From positions 211,984 through 275,983 of the forward strand of contig OY970185.1 of assembly GCA_963708015.1 (NCBI GenBank): 64,000 nucleotides of DNA, given 5' to 3'. The stretch's first letter is position 1; every line of letters starts with the position of its first letter. The stretch comes from an uncultured Chloroflexia bacterium (GTDB taxonomy: Bacteria; Chloroflexota; Limnocylindria; Limnocylindrales; CSP1-4). Position numbers and translations under genes: made by a program. This document shows positions 40,176-50,939 of the stretch, one piece after another. The notes under the pieces are model-generated. The model ran no database searches. It saw nothing but the letters and a program-made list of their open reading frames with translations, and was not told the DNA's origin.

Positions 40176-40850
40176 ATGACCGATCGAGCCAGGCTTTCGC
40201 TCGTCCATCGGGTCCGGCCGCTCGCAGCCGGTGAACCTCGTGTCGAGCCACGTCCGCTCCTGATCCTGCTCCACGGCGTGGGCAGCAATGAGCTGGCGAT
40301 GGCCGCGGTCGCCCAAGCCTTCGACCCACGCTTCCAGGTCGTCAGCGTTCGGTCGCCGATCGAGCTCGGGCCGTTCGCCTTCGGCTGGTTCCCGATCGCC
40401 CGGACCCCCGGCAGCCCGGCAGTGAGCGACGCCGATGTCGAGTCGGCCATGTCCCGGCTGTCGGCCTTCATCGATGAAGCGCTGGCGGCCTACGCGGGCG
40501 ATCCGGACCGGATCTTCCTGGCCGGCTTCAGCCAGGGCGGAATCGTGGCGGTCGGGTACCTCCTGGCCCACCCCGGGCAGGTCGCCGGGGCTGTCTCGAT
40601 GAGCGGCTGGCTGCCGCCGGAGGTCGTCCCGGCCGAGGTTGACGCGGACGCGCTGGCCGGCCGAGCCGTCCTCGTCCTCCACGGGATCGATGACCAGACG
40701 ATCGGGATCGACGCCGCTCGCGCCGAGCGGGCGGCCCTGTCAGGGTTCCCGGTCCGGCTCGACTACATCGAGCTCGCGATCGGCCACACGACGACCGAGG
40801 AGAGCGTGGCGATCGTCGCCGGCTGGCTGGCCGACCGGCTCAACGACTGA
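40176..40850 (+). CDS. alpha/beta hydrolase (phospholipase/carboxylesterase family)
   Basis: 224 aa; HGVGSNE, the nucleophile elbow GFSQGG, and a C-terminal His. Confidence 0.75.
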   Translation: MTDRARLSLVHRVRPLAAGEPRVEPRPLLILLHGVGSNELAMAAVAQAFDPRFQVVSVRSPIELGPFAFGWFPIARTPGSPAVSDADVESAMSRLSAFIDEALAAYAGDPDRIFLAGFSQGGIVAVGYLLAHPGQVAGAVSMSGWLPPEVVPAEVDADALAGRAVLVLHGIDDQTIGIDAARAERAALSGFPVRLDYIELAIGHTTTEESVAIVAGWLADRLND

Positions 40851-40871
40851 GCCGCACGACACCGGACGACG

Positions 40872-42662
40872 TCATTCGGCGCTCGCCAGGAGCCGGACGA
40901 GCTCTCGCTCGAGCAGCGCCCGCCCGGCGCGCTGCGCCTCGATCGGTCGGAGCGTGTGGTCGACACCGGGCAGCTCCTCGAAGACAAGGTTCGGCCACCG
41001 ATCGAGGCCGGCCACGATCCCGGCCGCCGCCAGCTCGTCCAGGACCGGCTCCTCGCCCGAGAAGGCGAGCACCACCCGGGTGCCGTTGCGGCGCAGGGCG
41101 TCGAGCAGGCCCTCGGCCGGATCCGCGGGCCGACTTCCGCCGATCGACCGGATCCGCTGTGGCGCGTTGGCCGCCCCCCGGGCCGCCGTTCGGGCCATCG
41201 CCCGTGAGACCTCGACCATCCGCGACGGCGGCACCTCGCCGCGCAGGATGCGCCGCCACAAGCCGGCGTCGCCCAGGCGCTGGATCTTGCGGGCCTCCCT
41301 CCGGGCGAGCAGGTCGTCGTCCCAGACGATCGCCCGCGGGTTGATCGCGATCACCTCGACGATCCGGGGTTCACGAGCGGCTACGTTGACCGCCCAGTAG
41401 GCGCCCGAGCACAGGCCGACCAGCACGAACCTGGGCCCCAGGCCGCGCTCGACCAGGAAATCCAGGGCCGCCACCATCTGGGACGCGAAGATGTCCTTGT
41501 AGAACTTGCCGACCTCGCCCCGGCGGACCGGGTCGCCGTCGGCATCGCCGATGCCGTTCAGGTCAATCCGAAGCGTCGGAATACCCTGACCACTCCACTG
41601 CCGGGCCGCCTCGACCCACATCCGGTTCGGGCCGATCCGACGGACCGCCCCGGCATTCAGGAAGATCGCGCACAGGTCGCCCCGAGCGCCGTCGAGTGCT
41701 TCGGCCAGGACCCCGAACGGGCGGCTGTCCGGGTGGCCGATCCGGACGGGCGTCTCCCGAATCCGGGCATCGGCGCTGTCCAGGACCGCCGTCTCGGTCG
41801 CGCCCGGCTGTTCGAGCGCGGCCCGCTCGGTCCGCCCTGCGCCGGGCCGGCCGGTCCCCGAGTCCAGCCATGCCTCCACCTCGGCGAACACCCCGGTGGG
41901 CGGGGCGTCGTGCTCGGGGTGGAACACCATGTCGGCCCAGCCGCGGCCCGGGGCAACCGTCACCTCGACCTCGAGCGACCGCAGGTGGGCCTCGGTCGCC
42001 TGGTCATGGCCCATGCCGTCGCGATCCAGGAGAAGGGCTCGGCGGAGCCGGCCGAGGTCCATCCGAGCCGGAGCAAGCTCGTCCAGGTCCTTCATCGAAC
42101 CGGCCGACAGGACGAACCCGCTCACCTCGAGGTCGCCCGAGGGCGGGACCGAGGAGCCACCATCCCGGGCTGGATCCAGCCGGGTGCCCTGGAGGGCGGC
42201 GAAGGCGCGCTGCTCGCGGACGAAGGCCCGCCCGCTGGCGGGTACCGCCCACAGGACGAGATCATCGACGGGCGCCCCGCCCGCGATCGCAGCCGTCCCA
42301 AGCAGCCCGCCAAGGCCGAGCCCGATCAGGGCGACGGGCGGGGCATCCGGCCCGCCGGCGAGCCAGCCCGCGGCCGTGCTGATCGCCCCGAGCCAGGACT
42401 CGACCAGGCCCGGATCGGCCGATGACCCAGCGCTGTCCCCGGTGCCCGGCAGATCGATCCGGAGCGTGGGATGACCGTGCTCGGCGAGCGACTCGGCCCA
42501 GGCCTTGCGACTCCGATACGAGGCGATGTCGTCCCAGCCCCACGGTCCGCAGATCAGGACCGCCGCCGATCGAGGAGCATCGACCCAAGGCTCGTGAAAG
42601 ATCCCGAAGAGCGGTCCGCGGCGGGTCGCGAGATAGATCGGCCGGCCGGCGACGCCGGTCAC
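40872..42662 (-). CDS. tandem double alpha/beta-hydrolase-domain protein (two exosortase-system-type 'hydrolase 2'/'hydrolase 1'-like halves)
   Basis: 596 aa with two separate nucleophile elbows, GLGLGG in the first half and GLCSGA in the second. Each half resembles the small alpha/beta hydrolases found in EPS loci. Confidence 0.6.
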   Translation of the reverse strand: MTGVAGRPIYLATRRGPLFGIFHEPWVDAPRSAAVLICGPWGWDDIASYRSRKAWAESLAEHGHPTLRIDLPGTGDSAGSSADPGLVESWLGAISTAAGWLAGGPDAPPVALIGLGLGGLLGTAAIAGGAPVDDLVLWAVPASGRAFVREQRAFAALQGTRLDPARDGGSSVPPSGDLEVSGFVLSAGSMKDLDELAPARMDLGRLRRALLLDRDGMGHDQATEAHLRSLEVEVTVAPGRGWADMVFHPEHDAPPTGVFAEVEAWLDSGTGRPGAGRTERAALEQPGATETAVLDSADARIRETPVRIGHPDSRPFGVLAEALDGARGDLCAIFLNAGAVRRIGPNRMWVEAARQWSGQGIPTLRIDLNGIGDADGDPVRRGEVGKFYKDIFASQMVAALDFLVERGLGPRFVLVGLCSGAYWAVNVAAREPRIVEVIAINPRAIVWDDDLLARREARKIQRLGDAGLWRRILRGEVPPSRMVEVSRAMARTAARGAANAPQRIRSIGGSRPADPAEGLLDALRRNGTRVVLAFSGEEPVLDELAAAGIVAGLDRWPNLVFEELPGVDHTLRPIEAQRAGRALLERELVRLLASAE

Positions 42663-42721
42663 GCGTCACGAGCGGGTCTCCGGGGTCCTGATCGCCACCT
42701 GGCCCTTCAGGTTGAGGGCCG

Positions 42722-45184
42722 TCAGCCAGCCGTCAGGGCCTGCGCCACCGCCAGAGCCATCCGGTCCGGTTGGCCGGAGCGGGATGTTCCGGCGGCCACC
42801 CGGCTCGATCGAGAAGGCATCGTCGCCCGGGACGAAGCCCGCCAGGTGGATCCGGACGCCATAGGCCAGGCGGCGAGCTGGCGATCTTCAGGACCGGGGC
42901 TCCGTCGGGGCCGCGATCGGTCCTGACCGAGAGCCCCAGCCGATCGCACCGGCTCGGCGGCGAGCGGCCGCCCGGCCGGGAAGAGGAACGCCTGCGACAG
43001 CAGCCTGGGCGGGCCATCGCCGACCGGCTGTTCGAGGCTGGCGACGATCACGTCCTGGGCCGGCGGCCCGAACCGGTAGGCCCACGAGGCATCGACGAAG
43101 CCGCCGACGATCGCCTCGACGTCGTGCTCGGCCGACCCATGGGCGGGCAGCTCGAGGGCAACCTCGCCGGCTCCGACCGGCAGCTCCTGGTCGCTGTACA
43201 GGCCGATCCGGAGACGAGCGGCGAGCGGCTGCGGCCCGTCGTTGGCGACATGCGCGACGACGCCGCCGGTCCGTTCGTCGGTCAGCCAGACGGCGCGTCG
43301 GGGCCAGGATCCGGCGCAGGTGGTGGTAGGCGGTCTTCGGTCGCCCGCGGTGATCGACGACGCCCCAGCCGGCACCCGGGACGAGGTCGCGCAGCCACAG
43401 GATCAGGCCGCCGCCCGACGGCGAGCCGGCCCGGCGCCACTCGCCGATAGACGAGCTCCATGACCTCGCCGGTGACCGCCCGGGAGAGCTCGAGGTAGCG
43501 GGCCGGGTCGTCCCGCCGGAGGACCCCCGGATCGAGTCCGAAGACGAGCTCGAGGTAGTGGTCGCGCATGTCGTCGAAGTCCCAGCCGGCGCCCGCGTCG
43601 CGGGCCACCCCGGCCTTCCAGCGAGGATGGTGGACGAACACGTCGTGGGGCGCTCCGACGGCCAGCTCGTCCACGACCGCCTCGTCGGGGACGTTGGCGA
43701 ACGCGAGGCACTCGGCGGCGAACAGGACGCCGCTCGTCCGGGCGTCGGACAGCGGGCGCCCGGTAGCCACCGACCCCGTAGTAGTTCGTCACGCCCCGGT
43801 TCGGCCGCATCGGCAGGTCGCCCCCGAAGGGCGCCGACGGCACGTAGATCGCGTCGAGGCCGGCGGCCTCGACCAGGCCGGGCACGATCGGCGTCGAAGA
43901 ACGGGATCCGGGCAAGGGCCGGATCGAGGCCGAGCATCGCGACCTGCTGCTCGACCTCGCTGTTGCCGCACAGGACGGCCAGGCTGGGCCGTCCGCCGAT
44001 CTCGCTCCAGCGAGCTGGGCGACCTCCCCTGCGGCCGCCCGGCTGAAGGGCTCGTCCGCGAACGGGTAGTCCAGGCTCATGAACATGAGGTCCTGCCAGA
44101 CCAGGACCCCCAGCTCGTCGCACAGGTCGTGGAAGGCGGCCTGCTCGTAGGCTCCGAAGCCGGGCAGGCGGAGCATGTTCATGCCGGCATCTCGAGCCGT
44201 CTCGATGGCAGCCCGCAGCTCATCGTCCGAGGCGGCCAGGCGGACGCTGTCGAGCGGCGTCCAGAGCGCCCCCCGGCTGAAGACCGCCTGCCCATTGACG
44301 TGGACGAACAGGCCGTCCCGGCTCGATGTCATGGCCGGCGGCGGGCCTGGGGCCAGGCTCCGGAAGCCGACCCGGCCGGCATCGATCGTGATCGGATCGG
44401 GGCCCGGGCCGACGATCAGGCGGACCCGATAGAGGGCGGGGTCGCCGTGGGTGTGCGGCCACCAGCGGGCGACGCCGACGATCCTGAGCTCGGAGCTGGC
44501 CACCAGGGCCCGATCGTCGGCCGCTGACCGACAGTGGCCCTCGATGGACTCCGGTCGGGCCCTCGAGCTCCAGCTCGACCGGCCCGTCGAGGGCGGCGGC
44601 CAGGCCCCGCAGGCGAACGTTCAGGGCGAGAATCGCCGTCGTCTCCATCCAGGCGCGGCGTCAGCTGGATGGACTCGATCGACGAGCCTCGTGCGTCGCT
44701 CGAGCCAGACGCCGCGCCACGGCCCGACCGCCGGCGGGCCCGGGGCGAAGCCGGGAATCCGCCCGATCAGCATCGAGCGGAACCAGCGCAGGTTGTTGTC
44801 GGCGACGAGGCGGGTGCGCCAGCGCGCCCGGGGCGATCGCTGGCGGTCGAGCTCGGGGGCCAGCGGCCCGAAGCGGATCGCCAGCTCGTTGTGGGCGGCC
44901 AGGAGGCTGCCGACATCGATCAGGTGGCGGGCGAACATCGATTCGCCGGCCAGGACTGGTTCGCCGTTCAGGAAGACCTCGGCGAGGGTGGCCAGCCCGT
45001 CGAGGCCGAGGACGACCTCCTCGCCCGGTCCGGGCGGGGTCGCCTCGAAGGTGGTCCTGAACCACCAGTCCTGGGCGTCCAGGTCGCCGATCGGCAGGCC
45101 GGCGTCGCGCAGTGCGCCGGCGACCGTGCCCGGCACCGCGGCCGGGATCCAGGCGAGCTCCGTCGAGGCCGTCGGCCGGCTCAA
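42722..45184 (-). pseudogene. glycoside hydrolase family 2 (beta-mannosidase / exo-glucosaminidase-like) gene broken into at least four reading-frame segments
   Basis: The N-terminal sugar-binding domain is in ORF 44621..45184 (WIPAAVPGTVAGALRDAG...DWWFRTTFEA...LDGLATLAEVFLNGE). Core pieces lie in ORFs 43403..44503, 42888..44123 (LAVLCGNSEVEQQVAMLG) and 43282..43770 ([35 protein letters not shown]). The C-terminal Ig-like domain is in 42722..43375. Confidence 0.6.
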
Positions 45185-45266
45185 CGCTGACCCGGGTCGG
45201 CCTGGGCCGCCTGCCAGCCCGTCGAGAGGAAGGTCCGCTCGTGCCCGGACACCCGGGCTCGGTCGG

Positions 45267-46265
45267 TCAGGGCCGGGTCCATCGGACTAGGCCAGGACGT
45301 CGCTGAGCGATCCCATCGCTTCGGTCCAGGCCTCGCTCAGGCCGCGCATCGGCTCGGTCGGATCGAACGTCCGGCGTCGGGCAAGCTTGAAGCCGAGCAT
45401 CTTGCAGCCTTCGACGATCCGGGCCATGGCCGCCGCCGCCGGATCGGCCCGCTCGCCCGAGGAGCCACTCGACGTGGGAGGCGAGGAGCTCGAAGCCGGC
45501 CCCGGCCATCCGGAACGTGGCGAAGGTGAAGGCGTGATAGCGGGCGGCGTCGCCCTCGAGGAGGGCTGGCAGCTCGGCCGAGAGGCGGGCCCCGAACTCG
45601 TCGAACGGGTTGCCGGGCACGATCCGTCCGAGGTGGCCGCGGAGGATCTCGCGGGCGGCGGCGCGCAGCTCCTCGCCCTCGAGACGCGGCCCGGCGTCGA
45701 ACCGGATCAGCTCGGTGTACGGCGGCAGGACGTCGCCCGACCAGCCGTCGCCGGTCCGAAATGCGCCCCGGAAGTCGGCGCCCTCGAGGCTCATACATCG
45801 AGGCGTTGTGGAAGTAGCTGGAAGCGCTCGCCGGCCAGGTCGATCCCCTCGGCGATCACCCCGGTCTTGACGTGGGCCTGGCCGTAGCTCGTCGCGGCGG
45901 TGTCGGGCAGGTACCAGCGCGTCGAGCTCGATCGTCATCGTCCGACCGAGGGCCAGGACCTCGGCGATCTGGTGCGGAATCGAGCGGTACGGCTGGATCT
46001 CGTGGATGTCCATCCCGTACAGGACCTCGAGGTCGACGGCGAGCGGCTTGAAGAACGTCCACTGGTCGTTCTCGAAGCCCATCCGGACGAACGAGCCGAA
46101 CGAGGCGACGGGCTCATCTCCGCGAGCGTGGAGCAGCTCGATCACGATGTCGGTGAAGCAGTTCGTCTCGATGTAGCTTCGCTCGCCGGTGTGCAGGGGA
46201 CTGGGCTGGTAGGTCGCCGGATCGAGACCGAACAGGCTGACCATGCCACCCGGGGCGAGGCTCAT
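45267..46265 (-). pseudogene. DUF1839 family protein gene with frameshifts
   Basis: [52 protein letters not shown]...IELDALVP becomes R/G/D junk. Protein-like sequence resumes later in the same ORF (VLPPYTELIRFDAGP...AFTFATFRMAGAGFELLASHVEWLLG) and then degenerates again. Confidence 0.5.
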
Positions 46266-46403
46266 GACCAGAGCTCCGCGCGCACCTCGGCCGGCCAGGC
46301 GTCGACGGCCAGGCCATGGGCCCGGAAGAGGGCCAGGGTGATCCGCTCCAGGCCGAACGCGACGCATCCGGTGTGGGCGACCCGCCCGCCTTCGAGGCCG
46401 ATC

Positions 46404-47196
46404 TCATAGATCTGGCGTGAAGTGGTCCTGGTGGTAGTTGAAGGAGGCGATCGCCGTCGGCTCCGGTCCGCCGACCATCGCCACGAGCTCGAACTTCAGC
46501 TCCTGGGCCCGCTGGTTCGCGGCCAGCATCCGGCCGCCCCGGCCGAAGAACGGGTCGGAGGCAACCTCCGAGGTCGCGGCGAGGCCGACGCCGCTCGAAC
46601 AGGCCGACGGTCCGCCCCAGCCAGTCGTCCCGGAACGCCCCGACATCGTCGGGATCGGCGATCCGGACGAACTCGAGCATGTGGAAGATCTGCATCCGGG
46701 CAGGATCGCCCGACGCCTCGTTCCGGAAGACCCACGAGCTGCCCGTGTCGACCGTCACCCCGGCGACGGGCAGCGGGCCTCGCCGGGCCACTTCCGGGTA
46801 GACCGGGTAGCAGGCGGCCGGCAGGACGACCAGGTCGGTCATCGTCTGGAACCGGCTCCAGTCCTCGTGGCGCGCGGCGAGCTGCCTCCTGCTCCAGTGG
46901 CCTCGGCGTCCGAGCCGTCGAACGAGAAGACGCTCCCGGCCAGGTGGGGGAACGACGCGAGGTAGCCGTTCTTCTCGATCTGGTAGCGCGGCAGGAGCGG
47001 CGGGAAGCGCATCGCCTCGGCGTGATCCGGAGCGGCGGCCCGCATGACCGCGTCGGTGAAGGCCTCGCGAACCCGCACGAAGTCGACGCCCTGGCCGTAG
47101 ACGCCCGGAACGTCGGTCTGGACGAGCAGGCCCCTGTCCAGGAGCTCGGCGCAGGAAGGCGGCCTGCTCGGCGGTGGCGGCGCGGTACGCCGCCAT
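46404..47196 (-). pseudogene. amino acid--[acyl-carrier-protein] ligase (truncated seryl-tRNA-synthetase-like class II core) gene split over at least three frames
   Basis: The segments are MAAYRAATAEQAAFL... (47196 downward); ORF 46839..47078 (RFPPLLPRYQIEKNGYLASFPHLAGSVFSF); ORF 46114..47340 middle ([58 protein letters not shown]); and ORF 46404..46646 ([25 protein letters not shown]...SFNYHQDHF). Confidence 0.55.
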
Positions 47197-48374
47197 TAGA
47201 CGTCCTTGGCGATGAGCAGCAGGCTGGCGTTCGTCTGGTGGATCCGCTCGTTGGCGACCATCAGGCAGGCCGACATCGTGTCGCGCAGGTGCCGTCCGAC
47301 GCTGAACGGCGTGTCGTTCTTGTAGCCGACGATGCCGCACACGTTCATCGCTCCCTGGCAGACCCGCGGGGCCTGCTCGGACGCGGCGATCTTCAGGTTG
47401 TTGAAGCGCAGGATCATGGCCATCGTCGACAGCCGCTCGCGGTCGCCCGGCCGAGGCATCGACTGAACTCGCGCAGGCCGGTGTTGACCTCCGCGCGCAG
47501 GAGGGACAGCTCGCTCATCAGCTGGGACAGCCGGACGGCGGTCGGCGGGAGCTGGTCCGGCCGGGCCTTGGCCGAGGCCTTCACGAAGGCGCGGGCGCGA
47601 TCGAACGCGTCGGTCGCGATGCCCAGCCAGAGGTGCGACCAGAGGATGTGCGAGATCGGCACCATCGACTCGGTGCCGACGGTCGAGAACGGGATCGGCA
47701 GGACCTGCTCGGCGGGAACTCGGCCCGCACGGTGTAGCCGGGCGAGCAGGTGCCGCGCATGCCCATCGGGTCCCAGCGTGCCCTTCTGCTCGAGCGTGAA
47801 CTGCTCGCGATGGGTGAGGACGGCGACCTGGTCGCCGGGCTCGGCGTCCGGGCTGCGGCGGAGGGTGGTCAGGAGGTCGTCGGCATAGGCGCCGTAGGAG
47901 ACCGTCGGCGCCTGCTTCTCGAACGTGGCCAGGCCGCCGTCGACCGGGGGTGACCGCGGCGATCGACTTGCCGAGGTCGCCGCCCGTCCCGATCTCGGAG
48001 GTCACCGAAGCGACGAGCCGCTGATCGCGGGCGACGTCGCGCAGGTAGGCCTCGAACCAGGGCGAGCCATTCAGCGTGGCGAGCGATCGCGGCGATCTGG
48101 ATCTGGTGCATCGCGAAGACCATCGCGCTGGCCCCGCAGCGGCGGCCGAGCTCGAAGCAGGCCGCGGCGACGGTCTCGAACGAGACGCCGCCGCCGTCGT
48201 ACTCCTCGGGGATCAGCGACGACAGGGCCCGCTGCGGCGCGCAGGGCGGTCGATCGTCTCGATCGGGAAGCGGGCGTTGCGGTCGACATCGTCGGCATTC
48301 GGCGCGGCGACCTCGTCGGCGATTCGCCGGATCGTCGCGAGGAAGGCCTGGTCGCGATCGACGGCGACGGTCAT
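47196..48374 (-). pseudogene. acyl-CoA dehydrogenase family gene split over at least three frames
   Basis: The N-terminal fragment is ORF 47869..48468 (YDGGGVSFETVAAACFELGRRCGASAMVFAMHQ). The middle is ORF 47414..47665. The C-terminal fragment is ORF 47196..48005 (MAMILRFNNLKIAASEQAPRVCQGAMNVCGIVGYKNDTPFSVGRHLRDTMSACLMVANERI). The start ATGA-couples to the ACP gene. Confidence 0.55.
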
Positions 48375-48627
48375 GCCGCGACCTCGCAGCTGGCGTCAAG
48401 GCGGCCGCTGATCGCAGAGACGCTCTGGAAGACGCTCCGCTTGAGCATCGCGTCGGGGAACTCGACATCGAACTCGGTCTCCAGGCCGAGCATCAGGTTC
48501 ACGCTGGCATGCGATGTCATGCCCGCCTGGAACAGGTCGGCGTCGTCGCTGAGGGTCGAGATATCGACCGGGCAGATGGCCGTGCTCCCGGATCACCTGG
48601 CGAATCCGGTCCGCCAGGTCTGCGCCA
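48371..48627 (-). pseudogene. acyl carrier protein (phosphopantetheine-binding) gene with a one-base frameshift
   Basis: I translated it myself: VNSGADLADRIRQVIREHGHLP | (shift of +1 at cccggtcg) VDISTLSDDADLFQAGMTSHASVNLMLGLETEFDVEFPDAMLKRSVFQSVSAISGRLDASCEVAA. The region after the shift carries the ACP helix II Ser. Confidence 0.5.
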
Positions 48628-48810
48628 CTATTCACTGGGTTCGTTCCTCGTTTTGCCAGCCGGTTCGTCTCCGCAGCATACGATAGTCATGTGGCCTGAC
48701 CAGCCAACTGGGGCACTCAAGGTTGCCCCGGCGCACCATCGAGACGGCCGGACCGCCCGGACGGGTGCTACGTTCAGGGGGTCGCTCGTGGGGGTGGATT
48801 GGAGTCAGGC

Positions 48811-49887
48811 GTGCCGGGCACGGTCAGCGTGATCATTCCGACCTTCAATCGGGCCAGGTTCCTGGGCGAGGCGCTGGACAGCGTCCTGGGGCAAACCTAC
48901 TCCGACCTCGAAGTCATCGTGGTCGACGACGGCTCCAGCGACGGTACCGCCGAGCTGATGGCGACCCGGACCCGGGACGATGCCAGGGTCCGCTACGTGC
49001 GTCAGGCCAATCGCGGGGCGTCGGCGGCCCGGAACGCGGGCCTCGACGCCGCGACGGGTGACTTCATCGCCTTCCTCGACTCGGACGACGCCTGGCAGCC
49101 GTGGCACCTCGAGCTGACCCTGGCATGCCTTGAGCAAGCCCCGGAGGCCGGCCTGATCTGGACCGACATCGAGTTCGTCGATGATGCCGGGGTGCTCGTG
49201 AAATCGTCCGCTCTTGAGCAACTGCTCTCGAATTACCACCGCTTTCCGCTCGAGGAGCTATTCGAGGGTTCGAGCTCGCTGGGAGAGCTCGGCCTGACCG
49301 CGCCGCCAGGGAGCGAGGATGGCCGTCTCTACGTCGGCGACGTCTTTTCGCCGATGATCATGGGCAACCTCGTGCTCGCATCGTCGACGGTGATTCGGCG
49401 CGAGCGACTCGAGCGGGCCGATCGGTTCGACGAGACCCTGCCGATGGGCGAGGACTACGAGTTCTTCCTGCGCGCTTGCCGGGCCGGTCCTGTCGCCTTC
49501 GTGGACGTCGACGATGTCCGGTACCGGGTCGGCAATGCTGACAAGCTGAGCGGGCGGCAGAGCCCGCTTCCCATGGCCAGTTCGTATCTGAAGGTCCTCG
49601 AGGAGACGCTGGCTCGAGATGGCGACCGGATCACGCTGCCGCCCGCGATGGTCTCCGAGGCCCGAGCCTACGCACACCGTTGGGTAGGCAGAATTCAGCT
49701 CCAGAATGGCTCGCGCAGGAGCGCCCGAGCTCACCTGGGGCAGGCGCTCCGGATCGGGCCGTGGCAGCCGACGACGATGGCGCTCTACGGGCTGACGTTC
49801 GTTCCAACCCCGGTTCTTGAAGGCATGCTTCAAGCACGTCACGGCCTGAAGGCGGCGGTCAGACGAAAGTCGGCCCCGTCGGACTGA
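48811..49887 (+). CDS. glycosyltransferase family 2
   Basis: Contains VSVIIPTFNRARFL and the FLDSDD DXD motif. GTG at 48811 (GGAG upstream) or TTG at 48799. Confidence 0.8.
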   Translation: MPGTVSVIIPTFNRARFLGEALDSVLGQTYSDLEVIVVDDGSSDGTAELMATRTRDDARVRYVRQANRGASAARNAGLDAATGDFIAFLDSDDAWQPWHLELTLACLEQAPEAGLIWTDIEFVDDAGVLVKSSALEQLLSNYHRFPLEELFEGSSSLGELGLTAPPGSEDGRLYVGDVFSPMIMGNLVLASSTVIRRERLERADRFDETLPMGEDYEFFLRACRAGPVAFVDVDDVRYRVGNADKLSGRQSPLPMASSYLKVLEETLARDGDRITLPPAMVSEARAYAHRWVGRIQLQNGSRRSARAHLGQALRIGPWQPTTMALYGLTFVPTPVLEGMLQARHGLKAAVRRKSAPSD

Positions 49888-50809
49888 CCCGGTAGGAGTC
49901 GACCGTCGCCGTGATTCCTTCCTCGAACGGCACCCGGACCGCGTAGCCGAGGGCTGTGGTCGCCAAGCTGATGTCCGCCTGCGAGTGAGCGATGTCGGCC
50001 ATCCGGGCCGGCCCGAAGCGCGGCTCGGCCGATCGGCCCGCGGCGTGATTGACGGCGGCTAGGAGGTCAAGGAGCGAATACCGATTGCCACTGGCGATGT
50101 TCACCGTGATCCCGGTTGGGCTCGACTCCCTCGCCGCAAGGAGATTTGCGTCAACGACGTTGTCGACGTGGATGAAGTCACGCGAGATGTCGCCGCTGCC
50201 GTAGATGATCGGCTGCTCGCCCGCCAGGACTGCCGTCGCAAAGCGGGGCACAACCGCCGAGTACTCCTGGCTCGGATCCTGACCAGGCCCAAAGACGTTG
50301 AAATACCGCAGGGCAACTGTTTCGACGCCGTGGAGAGCCCCGAGGGTGTGGAGGTAGTGCTCGGCCGCGACTTTGCTCGCTCCGTATGGCGACACCGGGT
50401 CGGGCCGATCCACTTCGCGGCAGGGGAGCTCCTTCGGAACGCCGTAGACGGACGAAGAGCCGGCCAGGATCACCCGCCGGACTCCTTGTCGCTTGGCGGC
50501 GAGGATCGTCTCAATCGTACCCCCGACGTTGACCGCATTGGTCAGGGCCGGGTGGATCAACGATTGTGCGACCGAGGCCACGGCAGCTTGGTGAAGGATG
50601 ACCTCGCATGAATCGGCCGCCGCGTCCAGGGCGGCTGGATCGACGACGCTGCCGTGAACGATCGAGATCTGGTCAGCGAACGAATGGAGGCGCCACGCGA
50701 ACCCCGAGCTAAAGTCGTCAAGCACCCGCACGTCATCTCCCCGAGCCACAAGGCGGCGAACAAGGTGATGACCAATGAAACCAGCCCCACCGGTGACCAG
50801 AACTCTCAT
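49859..50809 (-). CDS. NAD-dependent epimerase/dehydratase (UDP-hexose / UDP-GlcNAc 4-epimerase-like)
   Basis: Contains MRVLVTGGAGFIGHHL and a YGASK catalytic dyad. Confidence 0.85.
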   Translation of the reverse strand: MRVLVTGGAGFIGHHLVRRLVARGDDVRVLDDFSSGFAWRLHSFADQISIVHGSVVDPAALDAAADSCEVILHQAAVASVAQSLIHPALTNAVNVGGTIETILAAKRQGVRRVILAGSSSVYGVPKELPCREVDRPDPVSPYGASKVAAEHYLHTLGALHGVETVALRYFNVFGPGQDPSQEYSAVVPRFATAVLAGEQPIIYGSGDISRDFIHVDNVVDANLLAARESSPTGITVNIASGNRYSLLDLLAAVNHAAGRSAEPRFGPARMADIAHSQADISLATTALGYAVRVPFEEGITATVDSYRVSPTGPTFV

Positions 50810-50939
50810 CGTTGCTCCAAAGCCCCGGGCGACTCATTCGGGCGGCGCAGGTCAGCCAGGACGGAAGCGCGTCCCGTGACGGTGTCCGATCCTCGTCCGG
50901 CGTTGCCAGGGCGCCCCATCCAACCGAGGCGAAGGCGAG

